From NCBI GenBank assembly GCA_963782945.1, contig CAWALO010000026.1, positions 36,742 to 100,741 on the forward strand: DNA of 64,000 bases. Direction: 5' to 3'. The notes beneath the pieces are model-generated. The model had not been told where the DNA came from, ran no database searches, and saw only the letters and a list, made by a program, of their open reading frames with translations. This document shows positions 46,499 to 55,705 of this stretch, in pieces. The position numbers were made by a program, and so were the translations under genes. The DNA comes from an uncultured Bacteroidales bacterium (GTDB taxonomy: Bacteria; Bacteroidota; Bacteroidia; Bacteroidales; VadinHA17). Position 1 is the first letter of the stretch, and every line of letters begins with the position of its first letter.

Positions 46499-48271
46499 AT
46501 GGTAATCAGAATCCTGTGTATTGTCCTGGGATTGGCTTTGTTCAGTTGCAAAAACAAGAATGATTTAAATGTAACAGTAAAGGATAATAAGGATTCAATA
46601 ATTAATATTCCTCCTGAAGATTCCGGATGGATGCGACTCTCCTTAAGGGAAAAGATCGGACAGGTGATGCTGATGCTTCCCGACAGGAAATTGGAAATGG
46701 AACTTGGAGGAGGGTCACTTGAATCGTATTTTGAACGTTATCCCGTCAGCGGGTTTTTTATGGGATGGAAACTTTTTGACGGAGTAAAGCCCGAAGATAA
46801 AGTTGCTGTCCAGCGGTTAAGGACACTGGAATACGCAAAAGCGAGCAAAATACCGTTATTCTTCCAGGAGGATTATGAAAGCGGCATATCAATGCCCGGA
46901 ATGACATCGTTCCCCAATATGATGGTATTGGGTGCTGCAAATTCCGAACAGCTGGCTTACGATTACGGGAAAGCTGTAAACCTTGAAACGAGATCGCTGG
47001 GTATAAATTATGTTTTGCATCCCATTGTCGATTTAAACCAAAACCCTTTTAATCCGCTGATTAATGTCCGAAGCATTTCCGACGACCCCGGCAAGGCAAT
47101 AAGGCTCCTGTCTCAACAGATCAAAGCCATTCAGGATTTAAAAGTAGCAGCTACCATAAAGACATTTCCCGGGGATGGTGTCGATTACCGTGATCAGCAC
47201 CTCGTAACCGGTGTAAACCCTTACACTATGGAACAATGGTGGAATAATCACGGAAAGGTATTCCAGGCTCTCATTGACATAGGGGCAAAGTCCGTTATGC
47301 CTGCACATATTACCCTGCCTGCATACCAGAAAGAAAAGATAAACGGGTTATTCCCTCCCGCTACTCTCTCAAAGGAACTACTCACCGGATTGCTGAAGAA
47401 TGAAATGGGGTTTAAAGGAGTTATTGTTTCCGATGCTATGGTGATGGGAGGTTTTCGTGACTGGTATCCCGATCAGATGGAAGGAGAAATTCAAAGTTTC
47501 CTGGCTGGCGTCGATTTAATGCTCTGGCCTTCATACAGTTTTATGGATACTCTGGAAGCCAGGATTAATCGTGGCGAATTCCCGGTTGAAAGGTTGAATG
47601 ACGCAGTAAAAAGAGTTTGGGCTTTAAAAAAATGGATTGGCTTATTTGATAAAGACTACCAGATAATAAGACCATTAAGTGATAGTGAGAAGCAATTTGT
47701 TGAACTGACTGCCAGGGCTGTTTGCGAAAAGGCCGTTACCCTGGTCTGGGATAAAACACAAGCACTGCCAATTTCGCCTCAGAAGGACAAGAAAATCCTG
47801 CTGGTTGGAGTCACACCTGTATCGCGCAAAGGGGGCTCTTTCAATCTCGATATGCTCCGGTATACTAAAGAAGCATTTGAGAAACGAGGATATAAGGTAG
47901 ATTTTCAACATAATATTCTTTACGAAACCCAAAGCTGGACAGAAGATGTAACTACAAGATACGACCGCATAATTTTTCTTCTGGTACGTACCCCCCACTC
48001 GCCATTTGGGTCATTACAGTTCTACGATGACGAAGCACAAAGCATCTGGGCTATAAATGCGATGCCGAAACAAAAAACGATTGTTGTTTCTTATGGCGAT
48101 CCTTATACTCCCAATGAATATTTCCAACGCGTAAATACCGTAATCAATGCTTACAGTATTGCAAAACCTATGCAGGAAGCAACTGTAAGGGCTTTAACGG
48201 GTGAAATTCCTTTTAACGGAACGTCTCCCGTCAGTTTAGACATAAAATGGCCGGTAAATACCAGCTTTTAA
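46499..48271 (+). CDS. glycoside hydrolase family 3 protein (NagZ-like N-terminal domain), lipoprotein
   Basis: Lipobox LFSC. KIGQVMLM, KTFPGDG and VSDAMVMGG are GH3 motifs. Confidence 0.8.
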   Translation: MVIRILCIVLGLALFSCKNKNDLNVTVKDNKDSIINIPPEDSGWMRLSLREKIGQVMLMLPDRKLEMELGGGSLESYFERYPVSGFFMGWKLFDGVKPEDKVAVQRLRTLEYAKASKIPLFFQEDYESGISMPGMTSFPNMMVLGAANSEQLAYDYGKAVNLETRSLGINYVLHPIVDLNQNPFNPLINVRSISDDPGKAIRLLSQQIKAIQDLKVAATIKTFPGDGVDYRDQHLVTGVNPYTMEQWWNNHGKVFQALIDIGAKSVMPAHITLPAYQKEKINGLFPPATLSKELLTGLLKNEMGFKGVIVSDAMVMGGFRDWYPDQMEGEIQSFLAGVDLMLWPSYSFMDTLEARINRGEFPVERLNDAVKRVWALKKWIGLFDKDYQIIRPLSDSEKQFVELTARAVCEKAVTLVWDKTQALPISPQKDKKILLVGVTPVSRKGGSFNLDMLRYTKEAFEKRGYKVDFQHNILYETQSWTEDVTTRYDRIIFLLVRTPHSPFGSLQFYDDEAQSIWAINAMPKQKTIVVSYGDPYTPNEYFQRVNTVINAYSIAKPMQEATVRALTGEIPFNGTSPVSLDIKWPVNTSF

Positions 48272-48282
48272 ATCAGGATACC

Positions 48283-49344
48283 ATGAATCAAAACAGACGA
48301 AGTTTCTTAAAGTCACAGGCCATCGTGGGGCTGGGAGCCCTTGCATCCGGAATGGCGATAACTGAGTCCTGCAAAACTCAGAATAAACCAACAGTCGCTG
48401 ATTCCTCAGCCTCTGTGGATTTACTCGCAAAGTACCAGGAATGTCTCGGAGGACCGTTCCCGGAATCGGTACCCCTTAATCCTCAGATCAGGGAAACTAT
48501 TAAGAAGGATGGTTATCGTATCGAATCCCTTACTTACGATGTTCAGCCCGGTGAAAAGATCCCTGCCCTGCTCCTGATCCCTGATGAAGCAACAGCATCC
48601 AACCCTGCCCCCGGAATCGCTGTCTGGCACCAGCATAACGGAGAATATCACCTGGGAAAATCAGAGCCTGCAGGCCTTGCCGGAAATCCAATGCATCATA
48701 CTGCTGTCTCGCTTGTCCGGGAGGGCTACGTGGTACTCTGCCCCGATTCACTATGCTTCGAGGAACGGCAGGATCCTACAGGAATACTCCAAAGGGGAGA
48801 TTATGAACGTTTCGAATTCCTCCGCGAAATTGAAAGGGGACGTTCTCTTGCCTGGAAGGATATTCTCGACATGAAAGTCTCTGTAACCTACCTCTCTGAA
48901 AGAGCTGAAGTTCAAAAAGACAAGCTTGGCTGCTATGGCCACTCAATGGGTTCAACACATGCATGGCTGGTAGGCCCGCTGGAGCCAAGGCTGAAATGTA
49001 TAATCGGCAATTGCTGCCTTCCTACATACGAAGCAATAGAAGAGAATCATATCCTGCACTGCTTTCCGAATTTTGTCCCGGGGTGGCTGAAGTATGGCGA
49101 TACCCCTGAAATTGCTGCACTGATCGCCCCAAGGGCCCTGCACCTGAATTTCGGTGAAAAAGATTCAGGCAGTCCCATTGAGTCTGTCAAAAGAGGGCTG
49201 GGCAGAATTGCAGAAACCTACAAAAAGAAAGGTGTACCGGATAACTTCACATATTTCATTGAACCCGGAGCCGAGCATGTACTCTCAGATGCTATGTGGC
49301 AGCATGTGAAAGAGAGCTTCGCACGACATCTTAAATCAGCATAG
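48283..49344 (+). CDS. alpha/beta hydrolase (dienelactone hydrolase/esterase-like) with Tat signal
   Basis: The ATG at 48283 gives MNQNRRSFLKSQAIVGLGALA (twin-arginine signal). The nucleophile elbow is GHSMGS. Confidence 0.7.
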   Translation: MNQNRRSFLKSQAIVGLGALASGMAITESCKTQNKPTVADSSASVDLLAKYQECLGGPFPESVPLNPQIRETIKKDGYRIESLTYDVQPGEKIPALLLIPDEATASNPAPGIAVWHQHNGEYHLGKSEPAGLAGNPMHHTAVSLVREGYVVLCPDSLCFEERQDPTGILQRGDYERFEFLREIERGRSLAWKDILDMKVSVTYLSERAEVQKDKLGCYGHSMGSTHAWLVGPLEPRLKCIIGNCCLPTYEAIEENHILHCFPNFVPGWLKYGDTPEIAALIAPRALHLNFGEKDSGSPIESVKRGLGRIAETYKKKGVPDNFTYFIEPGAEHVLSDAMWQHVKESFARHLKSA

Positions 49345-49351
49345 AAACAAA

Positions 49352-50929
49352 ATGAAAAAAATCAGACCTCTTCAAAAATATCTGGCCGTCTCAGCCGTAC
49401 TGATTCTGAGCTTTATTTCCGTTAATGCCCAGATAATCACCTCCCATCAGATCGACAGTCTTGTTGAATTAACAATGAAAACATTTGATGTCCCGGGGAT
49501 TGCTGTGGCAATCGTTAAAGACGATAAGGTCATTCATTCCAAAGGATATGGTGTCCGCTCACTCAATACCAGACAAAAAACGGATGCCAATACTTTGTTT
49601 GCCATCGCTTCAAACAGCAAGGCATTTACTGCGGCAGCTCTGGGCATACTGATGGATGAGAAGAAATTAACATGGGATGACAGGGTTATAGATTATATAC
49701 CCGAATTCAGGCTATATAACCCATATGTAACCGAAGAGTTTACTATAAAAGACCTGCTGACGCACAGAAGCGGTTTGGGATTAGGGGCAGGAGACCTTAT
49801 GATCTGGCCGGGCCTGAACGATTTCACAATAACAGATATCATTCATAACCTTCGCTACTTAAAACCTGTTTCAGGTTTCAGGACAAAATATGATTATGAC
49901 AATCTGATGTATATTATTGCCGGGGAAGTTGTAGCAAGGGTTTCAGGAATTAGCTGGGAGGATTTTATCGAAACACGGATAATGCAGCCACTGAAGATGA
50001 CCGGCAGTGCCGCATCATACAGCAGGTTAAAGGATAAATCGAATGTAATTGATCCACATGCGCCGGTGAATGGCGTGGTTCAGGTCATCGATCGCGATTT
50101 TAACTTTAATGAAGTTGGAAATGCAGCAGGAGGTATTTACAGCAATATCACCGATCTGTGCCGGTGGATAATTATGCAGATGAATAATGGCAAATATGGT
50201 GACGGACTTAATTCACAACTTTTCACCGAAAAGGTACATGAAGAAATGTGGTCACCACATACGATAATCCCTGTAAGGAGTTCAACAGTCTATAATACAC
50301 ATTTTGCGGGCTACGGACTGGGCTGGAACCTGAGCGATGTGAAGGGATACAAACAGGTTGGGCATACCGGAGGCCTGGCAGGCATCGTGACACAGGTAAC
50401 ACTCATACCTGAAATGAAACTTGGAATCATTGTGCTGACGAACCAGCAATCCGGGGAAGCATTTACGGCAATCACCAATACGATAAAAGACAGCTATTTT
50501 GGTATAAAAGGAGTTGACAGGATAAAACAATACCGGGAATCTGCTCAGAAGAACATTGCGGAAGCGGAAATAATAACTGACGAAATCTGGAAAGATATTG
50601 AAGCACAGCAAAAAAGTTCATTAACAAAACCGGATTACGGTTTATATACCGGGATATATTCTGATAAATGGTTTGGAGAAGTGACAATCTCCCTTAAAAA
50701 CGGAAAGTTGTGGTTCGATTCAAAGAGATCCCTGAAACTTACGGGCGAATTGCTGGCATATAAAGGCAATACCTTTATTGTCCGGTGGAATGACAGAAGC
50801 ATGGATGCTGATGCCTATGCAATGTTCAATCTGGACAATACCGGTAAAGCCTCAGGATTTAAAATGAAAGCCATCTCACCAATGACTGATTTCAGTTATG
50901 ACTTCCATGATCTGGATTTTAGCCGCTGA
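49352..50929 (+). CDS. serine hydrolase of the beta-lactamase/PBP (class C-like) family with C-terminal extra domain
   Basis: SxxK as ASNSKAF, YxN as YDYDN, and HTGG in the KTG position. Confidence 0.8.
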   Translation: MKKIRPLQKYLAVSAVLILSFISVNAQIITSHQIDSLVELTMKTFDVPGIAVAIVKDDKVIHSKGYGVRSLNTRQKTDANTLFAIASNSKAFTAAALGILMDEKKLTWDDRVIDYIPEFRLYNPYVTEEFTIKDLLTHRSGLGLGAGDLMIWPGLNDFTITDIIHNLRYLKPVSGFRTKYDYDNLMYIIAGEVVARVSGISWEDFIETRIMQPLKMTGSAASYSRLKDKSNVIDPHAPVNGVVQVIDRDFNFNEVGNAAGGIYSNITDLCRWIIMQMNNGKYGDGLNSQLFTEKVHEEMWSPHTIIPVRSSTVYNTHFAGYGLGWNLSDVKGYKQVGHTGGLAGIVTQVTLIPEMKLGIIVLTNQQSGEAFTAITNTIKDSYFGIKGVDRIKQYRESAQKNIAEAEIITDEIWKDIEAQQKSSLTKPDYGLYTGIYSDKWFGEVTISLKNGKLWFDSKRSLKLTGELLAYKGNTFIVRWNDRSMDADAYAMFNLDNTGKASGFKMKAISPMTDFSYDFHDLDFSR

Positions 50930-51005
50930 CAGTGTTTTGTGAAACAAATTGTAAATTTGATACCAGCCTATTCAGAAAGATTTATCAGTTCAAAAAGGTA
51001 TTATC

Positions 51006-51567
51006 ATGAAACTTCCAATAACGGGACCAATTATTGTTTTACTTTTTATTATTGCAATTGCAGTTAATAATTCATGTAAAAAGGAAGAAACTCCTAAAAT
51101 GCCTGTATTATCAACAACTGCAGTCACTGATATCACAGCTGAATCCGCTGAAAGTGGGGGAAATATTATATCTGACGGAGGGGCAGCAGTAACCGGAAGG
51201 GGTATATGCTGGAGTGTAAATGCAGCACCTTCCATTTCAGATTCAAAGACTAATGACGGAAAAGGCACAGGTCAGTTTGTCAGCATCCTCAGCGGATTAA
51301 CTGCCGGCACAACATATCATATCCGGGCCTAGGCATCCAATTCTGCAGGAACAGCGTACGGAGCTGATCATATCATTTACAACTCCGGGACAAAGTCCTG
51401 AAGCTCTGACTCAGGCTGCAACAAATATAACCTCATCCGGGGCAACTCTGAATGCCACTGTTAACGCAAATAATTTATCTGCTGCAGTTACTTTTGAATA
51501 TGGTGCAGATCTGAGCTATGGTCAGACTATCGCCGCTGATCAGAGTCCGGTAATGGATTATCGTTGA
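51006..51567 (+). pseudogene. degraded fragment of a cell-surface repeat lipoprotein (in-frame TAG at 51330-51332 plus a +1 frameshift near 51368-51376)
   Basis: The ORF ends ...TAGTTYHIRA*. Reading on gives ASNSAGTAYGAD, then the +1 frame gives SFTTPGQSPEALTQAATNITSSGATLNATVNANNLSAAVTFEYGADLSYGQTIAADQSPV, a second copy of the same repeat type. Confidence 0.65.
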
Positions 51568-51645
51568 AAATATTCGTGCTATGACCAATTATGGTACACT
51601 GGATTTTCGGGTAATATCCAATTGCACCCACAGTTATTCAAATTA

Positions 51646-51660
51646 AACCCCTTCGGGGTT
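51646..51660. repeat. hairpin aaccccTTCGggggtt
   Basis: Perfect stem with a TTCG loop. Confidence 0.6.
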
Positions 51661-51665
51661 GTGAT

Positions 51666-51712
51666 ACAACTGTATGTTGTTGAATAACAACAATATATAG
51701 CGTAATTACAAC
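51666..51712. promoter_or_regulatory. cluster of ACAAC/GTTGT half-sites (candidate operator of the downstream XRE regulator)
   Basis: ACAACtgtatGTTGTtgaataACAAC (51666-51691) plus a further ACAAC at 51708-51712, about 100 nt upstream of 51793. Confidence 0.3.
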
Positions 51713-51792
51713 TATAAGTATATGTATTATTTTGATTAGGGAAATACATCAGTCTATCTTTGACGTATCAACTAATTTAAAAAACAGAACTT

Positions 51793-52725
51793 ATGTTAAG
51801 TACAAAAATGATTGGCAATAAAATTGCCGAAGCCCGAAAGAAAGTAAATATTTCTCAAGCCCATCTTGCTCAGAGTCTATTCATCAGCTCACAGGCAGTC
51901 GGAAAATGGGAGCGCGGGGAATCAATGCCGGACATCATTACTTTTAACCGACTTGCGGAAATTCTGGGTGTTGACCTTAATTATTTTTCAGAAAGTATAC
52001 AATCTGCGGCCACTGAATCCGATCCCGATAGTTATCGGGACAGGATGGTACCCGTCGAGTCTTTGGTTAAGCAATCGGCGGAATTGCTCTCCGGAAAGCA
52101 CTATCGGGAGAATAAGCTTAGCTGGGATATGTCACATGGAAACTGGGTGGACGCTGACTTTTCCGGGTTGAAAAACCTGCATGAAAAATTCAGTTCCTCC
52201 AACATGCAGCGATGCCTGTTTATCGGTTCAGATATGTCGGGACTTCTTCTAAAAAGCAATAATGTTGATGGCTGTGACTTTTCAGGTTCCGACTTCAGCA
52301 AAAGCCACATTCAAAATTCCAACCTGGCCAACAATCTATTTAAGGAGTGTTCACTGAAAGAAACTGAATTTTCAGAAAGCTATATCTACGGATGCGATTT
52401 CACCGGCGCCGATTTTAGTGGAGTGAGAATAAAATCAGGTGGCTTAGAGAAAAATACAATTGCTAATGCTGTTTGGAACCGCACCTCTTTTATTGATACA
52501 CAGATTGCCGATATGGTTTTCGCCGGCACATTGGATGACTGCTATTTTGCAAACTGCGCATTTACCAGGGTGACATTCCAGAATGCAACGCTTATTAACA
52601 CTTTCTTTAAAAACAAAAGCTTGAAACGGATCCGGTTTATTGACTGTCAGGCCGATCGGATGACTTACGAATTCCTGAAAAACGGGAAAGCAGATTTAAC
52701 CGGTATAACATTGTTAACCACGTAA
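51793..52725 (+). CDS. XRE-family HTH domain fused to pentapeptide-repeat domain
   Basis: N-terminal IAEARKKVNISQAHLAQSLFISSQAVGKWERGESMPD. The C-terminal half is rich in A(D/N)LxX-type pentapeptide units (DFSGSDFSKSHIQNSNLANNLFKECSLKETEFSES...). Confidence 0.75.
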   Translation: MLSTKMIGNKIAEARKKVNISQAHLAQSLFISSQAVGKWERGESMPDIITFNRLAEILGVDLNYFSESIQSAATESDPDSYRDRMVPVESLVKQSAELLSGKHYRENKLSWDMSHGNWVDADFSGLKNLHEKFSSSNMQRCLFIGSDMSGLLLKSNNVDGCDFSGSDFSKSHIQNSNLANNLFKECSLKETEFSESYIYGCDFTGADFSGVRIKSGGLEKNTIANAVWNRTSFIDTQIADMVFAGTLDDCYFANCAFTRVTFQNATLINTFFKNKSLKRIRFIDCQADRMTYEFLKNGKADLTGITLLTT

Positions 52726-52762
52726 TCCCCTTCTCATGGCAGCTTAATCACCACGTGTTTTC

Positions 52763-53467
52763 AGCCACGCAGTGGCTAAATATGAATAACCCCCGGCGCT
52801 AGCCGGGGGCACGGCTAACTCTCTGATCTAAAGCCCTGAAAGGGCTTAATATAGTTGGAAATGAATAAATACTTTTGTAATTTAGTGACCTCGTGCTATA
52901 TTACTAACCTTTAAAAACTTACATCATGTCGAGCTATCGTCAACATCTGTATCATATTGTTTTCAGGACAAAAGACAGCTTACCAACCATCAAACAGGAT
53001 CATGTTAATGAACTCTATGCCTATATTACAGGTATAATAAAACATAAAAACAGTCACCTGTATCGCATAAATGGAGTTGAAAATCACCTTCATATTCTTA
53101 CTGATATGAATCCATCCCTTGCACCTATAGATTTTGTTAAAGACATCAAGGTATCATCTTCAATTTGGATGAAAAGCAGTAATTATTTCCCGACATTCAA
53201 GGGATGGGCAGTTGGTTATGGATCTTTTACATGTTCATTTAAGGATATAGATAGATTAATTGATTATATAAAGAATCAGCAGGAACATCATAAAAAAATA
53301 TCATTTGAGGAGGAGTACAGAAACCTACTTTTAGAGTATGGTATAATACCGGATGAAAAATATTTTCCATAACAAATATATTCAGCTCTTTCAGAGCTGC
53401 AAAAGATTGAGTAGCAGTCTACCCCTGGCTGCGCCAGGGGTTATTCATATATGGCTCTTTCAGAGCC
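52763..53467 (+). mobile_element. REPtron-like unit: Y1 transposase gene bracketed by mirrored hairpin triplets
   Basis: The left side carries hairpin A (52763-52777), the linker aaatatgaataa, hairpin B (52790-52809) and hairpin C (52831-52847). The right side carries C' (53383-53399), B' (53422-53440), the linker ttattcatatat and A' (53453-53467). atatgaataacccc / ggggttattcatat is a perfect 14-nt inverted repeat. Confidence 0.7.
52926..53372 (+). CDS. IS200/IS605-family Y1 (HUH) transposase, RAYT-like
   Basis: 148 aa. YHIVFRTKD start, HUH motif as NHLHIL, and a C-terminal ...YIKNQQEHH region typical of Y1_Tnp. Confidence 0.8.
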   Translation: MSSYRQHLYHIVFRTKDSLPTIKQDHVNELYAYITGIIKHKNSHLYRINGVENHLHILTDMNPSLAPIDFVKDIKVSSSIWMKSSNYFPTFKGWAVGYGSFTCSFKDIDRLIDYIKNQQEHHKKISFEEEYRNLLLEYGIIPDEKYFP

Positions 53468-53658
53468 TTATGGAACAATGAGGCGCGTTGTTAAACAATG
53501 ACATAGCTTTTCATTTCTACTTCAACTCATTCAAACTAACACAATAATCCCTGAAGTACAAAAAAATTGTTTTTGGACTCGGAAAGCCGAACAAAGTGAG
53601 GAATCGGCAGGAGCATATCAGAGCAAGAAAACTGAAGAAAATTTGCTAATCTTGCAGA

Positions 53659-54462
53659 ATGAAAGAAGATTATATTTTCAAAAGTATACCTCAGTCAAGG
53701 ATAGCAACATTTGATATTTTTTCAGTTGGATTACTTAAACATCATGTAAGCGCTTTGCTCGAATTTGATGTTACAGAAAGCAGGACCAGATTACGTGAAA
53801 TGAGGAAAAATGGTTTAAATATTTCCCTGAATGCCTGGATCATAAAAGTAATTAGCACTATTCTTAAAAATAACCCGGAAGCTTCAGCATACCTTTATAA
53901 TAAAAAGAATCTCATCCTTTTTAATGACATCAACATCTCAATTCTCGTTGAAAAGAAAATCGGCGATAAAAGAGTACCTATACCAGTTGTTATTGAAAAG
54001 ACCAATTTGAAAACAGCCCTGGAAATCGCCAATGAAATCGAAAACGCCAAAAATAAAGAATTATCAGGCAGTGATATTGTCATTAACAAGCAATCAAAGA
54101 TTTCAGAACGATTATATTACCATATGCCGGGATTCATTAGAAGAGCGATATGGAAGTTTATGCTTGGAAATCCAAAGTTGGCTTATAAAAAAATGGGTAA
54201 TGCAGTAATTACTTCAGTTGGCATGATGGGAAAGATAAATGGTTGGTTTATTCAAAAATCAGTACATCCAATTTCCTTTGGCATTGGTTCCGTCATTAAA
54301 AAAGCTGTTGTAATTGAAAACGAAATAAAAATCAGAGAGATCTTAAACATGACTATTCTTGTTGACCACGACGTTATAGACGGTGCCCCTATGGTCAGAT
54401 TATTGAATGAATTGACAAAAAGTCTTGAATCCGGAGATTTCTTAAATAGCACGAACGCATAA
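53659..54462 (+). CDS. stand-alone 2-oxoacid dehydrogenase acyltransferase (E2 catalytic / CAT-like) domain protein
   Basis: 267 aa with the C-terminal active-site motif LVDHDVIDGAP (DHxxxDG). There is no lipoyl or subunit-binding domain. The gene is visibly AT-rich. Confidence 0.7.
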   Translation: MKEDYIFKSIPQSRIATFDIFSVGLLKHHVSALLEFDVTESRTRLREMRKNGLNISLNAWIIKVISTILKNNPEASAYLYNKKNLILFNDINISILVEKKIGDKRVPIPVVIEKTNLKTALEIANEIENAKNKELSGSDIVINKQSKISERLYYHMPGFIRRAIWKFMLGNPKLAYKKMGNAVITSVGMMGKINGWFIQKSVHPISFGIGSVIKKAVVIENEIKIREILNMTILVDHDVIDGAPMVRLLNELTKSLESGDFLNSTNA

Positions 54463-54650
54463 CAATGTAGGGTTTTCAGGTCGGGGGTTCTTTTTAATGT
54501 TAATCTATGTTAATTATGTTAATAATTCTTAAATGCCAGAAAATAAATTGATTAATCTTTCTATGGTAATTAAATAAGTTGGAAATTACATATCATTTTT
54601 AGATTATCTCCCTTCTATCGGGAAATAGGTTTAGGTTCAGGATAGGGTGA

Positions 54651-54677
54651 CCCCTGGCAGCGATGCCGGGGGTTTTT
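54651..54677 (+). terminator. GC hairpin followed by T5
   Basis: The sequence is cccctggcagcgatgccgggggttttt. Confidence 0.45.
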
Positions 54678-54704
54678 ACTTAAGAATACAAGGCTGCAGA
54701 GGTG

Positions 54705-54743
54705 GCAAAATGAAAGCCCGCCGTCGCTAAAGCTATGGCGGGC
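54705..54743 (-). terminator. hairpin downstream of tRNA-Val
   Basis: gcccgcc (54716-54722) pairs with ggcgggc (54737-54743). On the minus strand it is followed by tttcattttg. Confidence 0.4.
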
Positions 54744-54748
54744 AAAGG

Positions 54749-54823
54749 TGGGTTGTACTGGAGTCGAACCAGTGACCCCTACCCTGTCAAGGTAATGCTC
54801 TAAACCAACTGAGCTAACAACCC
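54749..54823 (-). tRNA. tRNA-Val (anticodon GAC)
   Basis: The reverse complement is GGGTTGTTAGCTCAGTTGGTTTAGAGCATTACCTTGACAGGGTAGGGGTCACTGGTTCGACTCCAGTACAACCCA. It folds by hand into a cloverleaf: 7-bp acceptor, GCTC/GAGC D stem, TTACC/GGTAG anticodon stem with the loop TTGACAG, and ACTGG/CCAGT T stem with a TTCGACT loop. Confidence 0.9.
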
Positions 54824-54831
54824 TATTGGCG

Positions 54832-54839
54832 CAAAAATA
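54832..54839 (-). promoter_or_regulatory. candidate -7 box TATTTTTG for the tRNA
   Basis: The plus strand reads caaaaata, ending 9 nt upstream of the tRNA 5' end. Confidence 0.4.
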
Positions 54840-54928
54840 ATAATTTTATTCAATCATTTGGCTTACTGCAATCAGATTGTTAAATTTCGGTATTATCTAA
54901 AATTCAAAACAATTAAAACAGAAATGCT

Positions 54929-55694
54929 ATGGTATCCCATGAGATTGATTATAAGATTTTTGGTGACGACATCCAGTTCGTTGAGATTGAACTCGATCCG
55001 GGAGAAACGGTAATCGCCGAGGCCGGAACAATGGTCTATATGGAACAGGGGATCACCTTCGAAGTCAAGATGGGTGACGGTTCCACACCTAACCAGGGAT
55101 TGATGGGGAAACTCCTCTCCGCCGGTTCCAGGATCATTACCGGAGAGTCGCTTTTCTTAACCCATTTTACAAATCAGGGTCACAGTAAAAGCAGGGTCGC
55201 ATTTGCTGCACCATACCCCGGAACAATTATCCCTGTTGATCTGAGAGAGCTCAGAAATACCCTGATTGTTCAGAAAGATGGTTTCCTGTGTGCAGCCTTC
55301 GGCACAAAACTCTCCGTCACCCTTAACAAGAAAATTGGAGCAGGATTAGCTCGGTGGCGAAGGATTCATTCTTCAGAAACTTGAAGGTGATGGAAAAGCT
55401 TTCATACATGCAGGAGGGACAGTAATTGAAAGACAGCTGAATAACGAAACACTCCGTATCGATACCGGATGTGTGGTCGCATTTGAACCATCACTTGACT
55501 TTGATATTGAAACGTCAGGAAGCCTTAAATCTATGGTCTTCGGTGGTGAAGGTATCTTCCTGGCCACAATGCGCGGTACAGGTAAAGTATGGCTGCAGTC
55601 AATGCCGATACGCAAACTGGTGCGCGCCCTTTCTCCCTTCGGCAGAAACCGGGGCAAGGAAGGAAGTTCAATACTGGGGAGTTTTCTGGAATAA
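54929..55694 (+). CDS. AIM24/TIGR00266-family (DUF124) protein, interrupted by a +1 frameshift near 55349-55353
   Basis: [38 protein letters not shown] is the family N-terminus. After ...KKIGAGLA the +1 frame continues [29 protein letters not shown]...[24 protein letters not shown]. Confidence 0.8.
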
Positions 55695-55705
55695 AACTGC
55701 TGACC

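Noticed and set aside
51646-51670. A possible attachment-site duplicate of the tRNA-Val 3' end (ggggttgtgatacaactg against gtgggttgtactggag) marking the far end of an island.
   Set aside because: Only about 7 contiguous matching bases (gggttgt), which is well within chance. No integrase gene is present.
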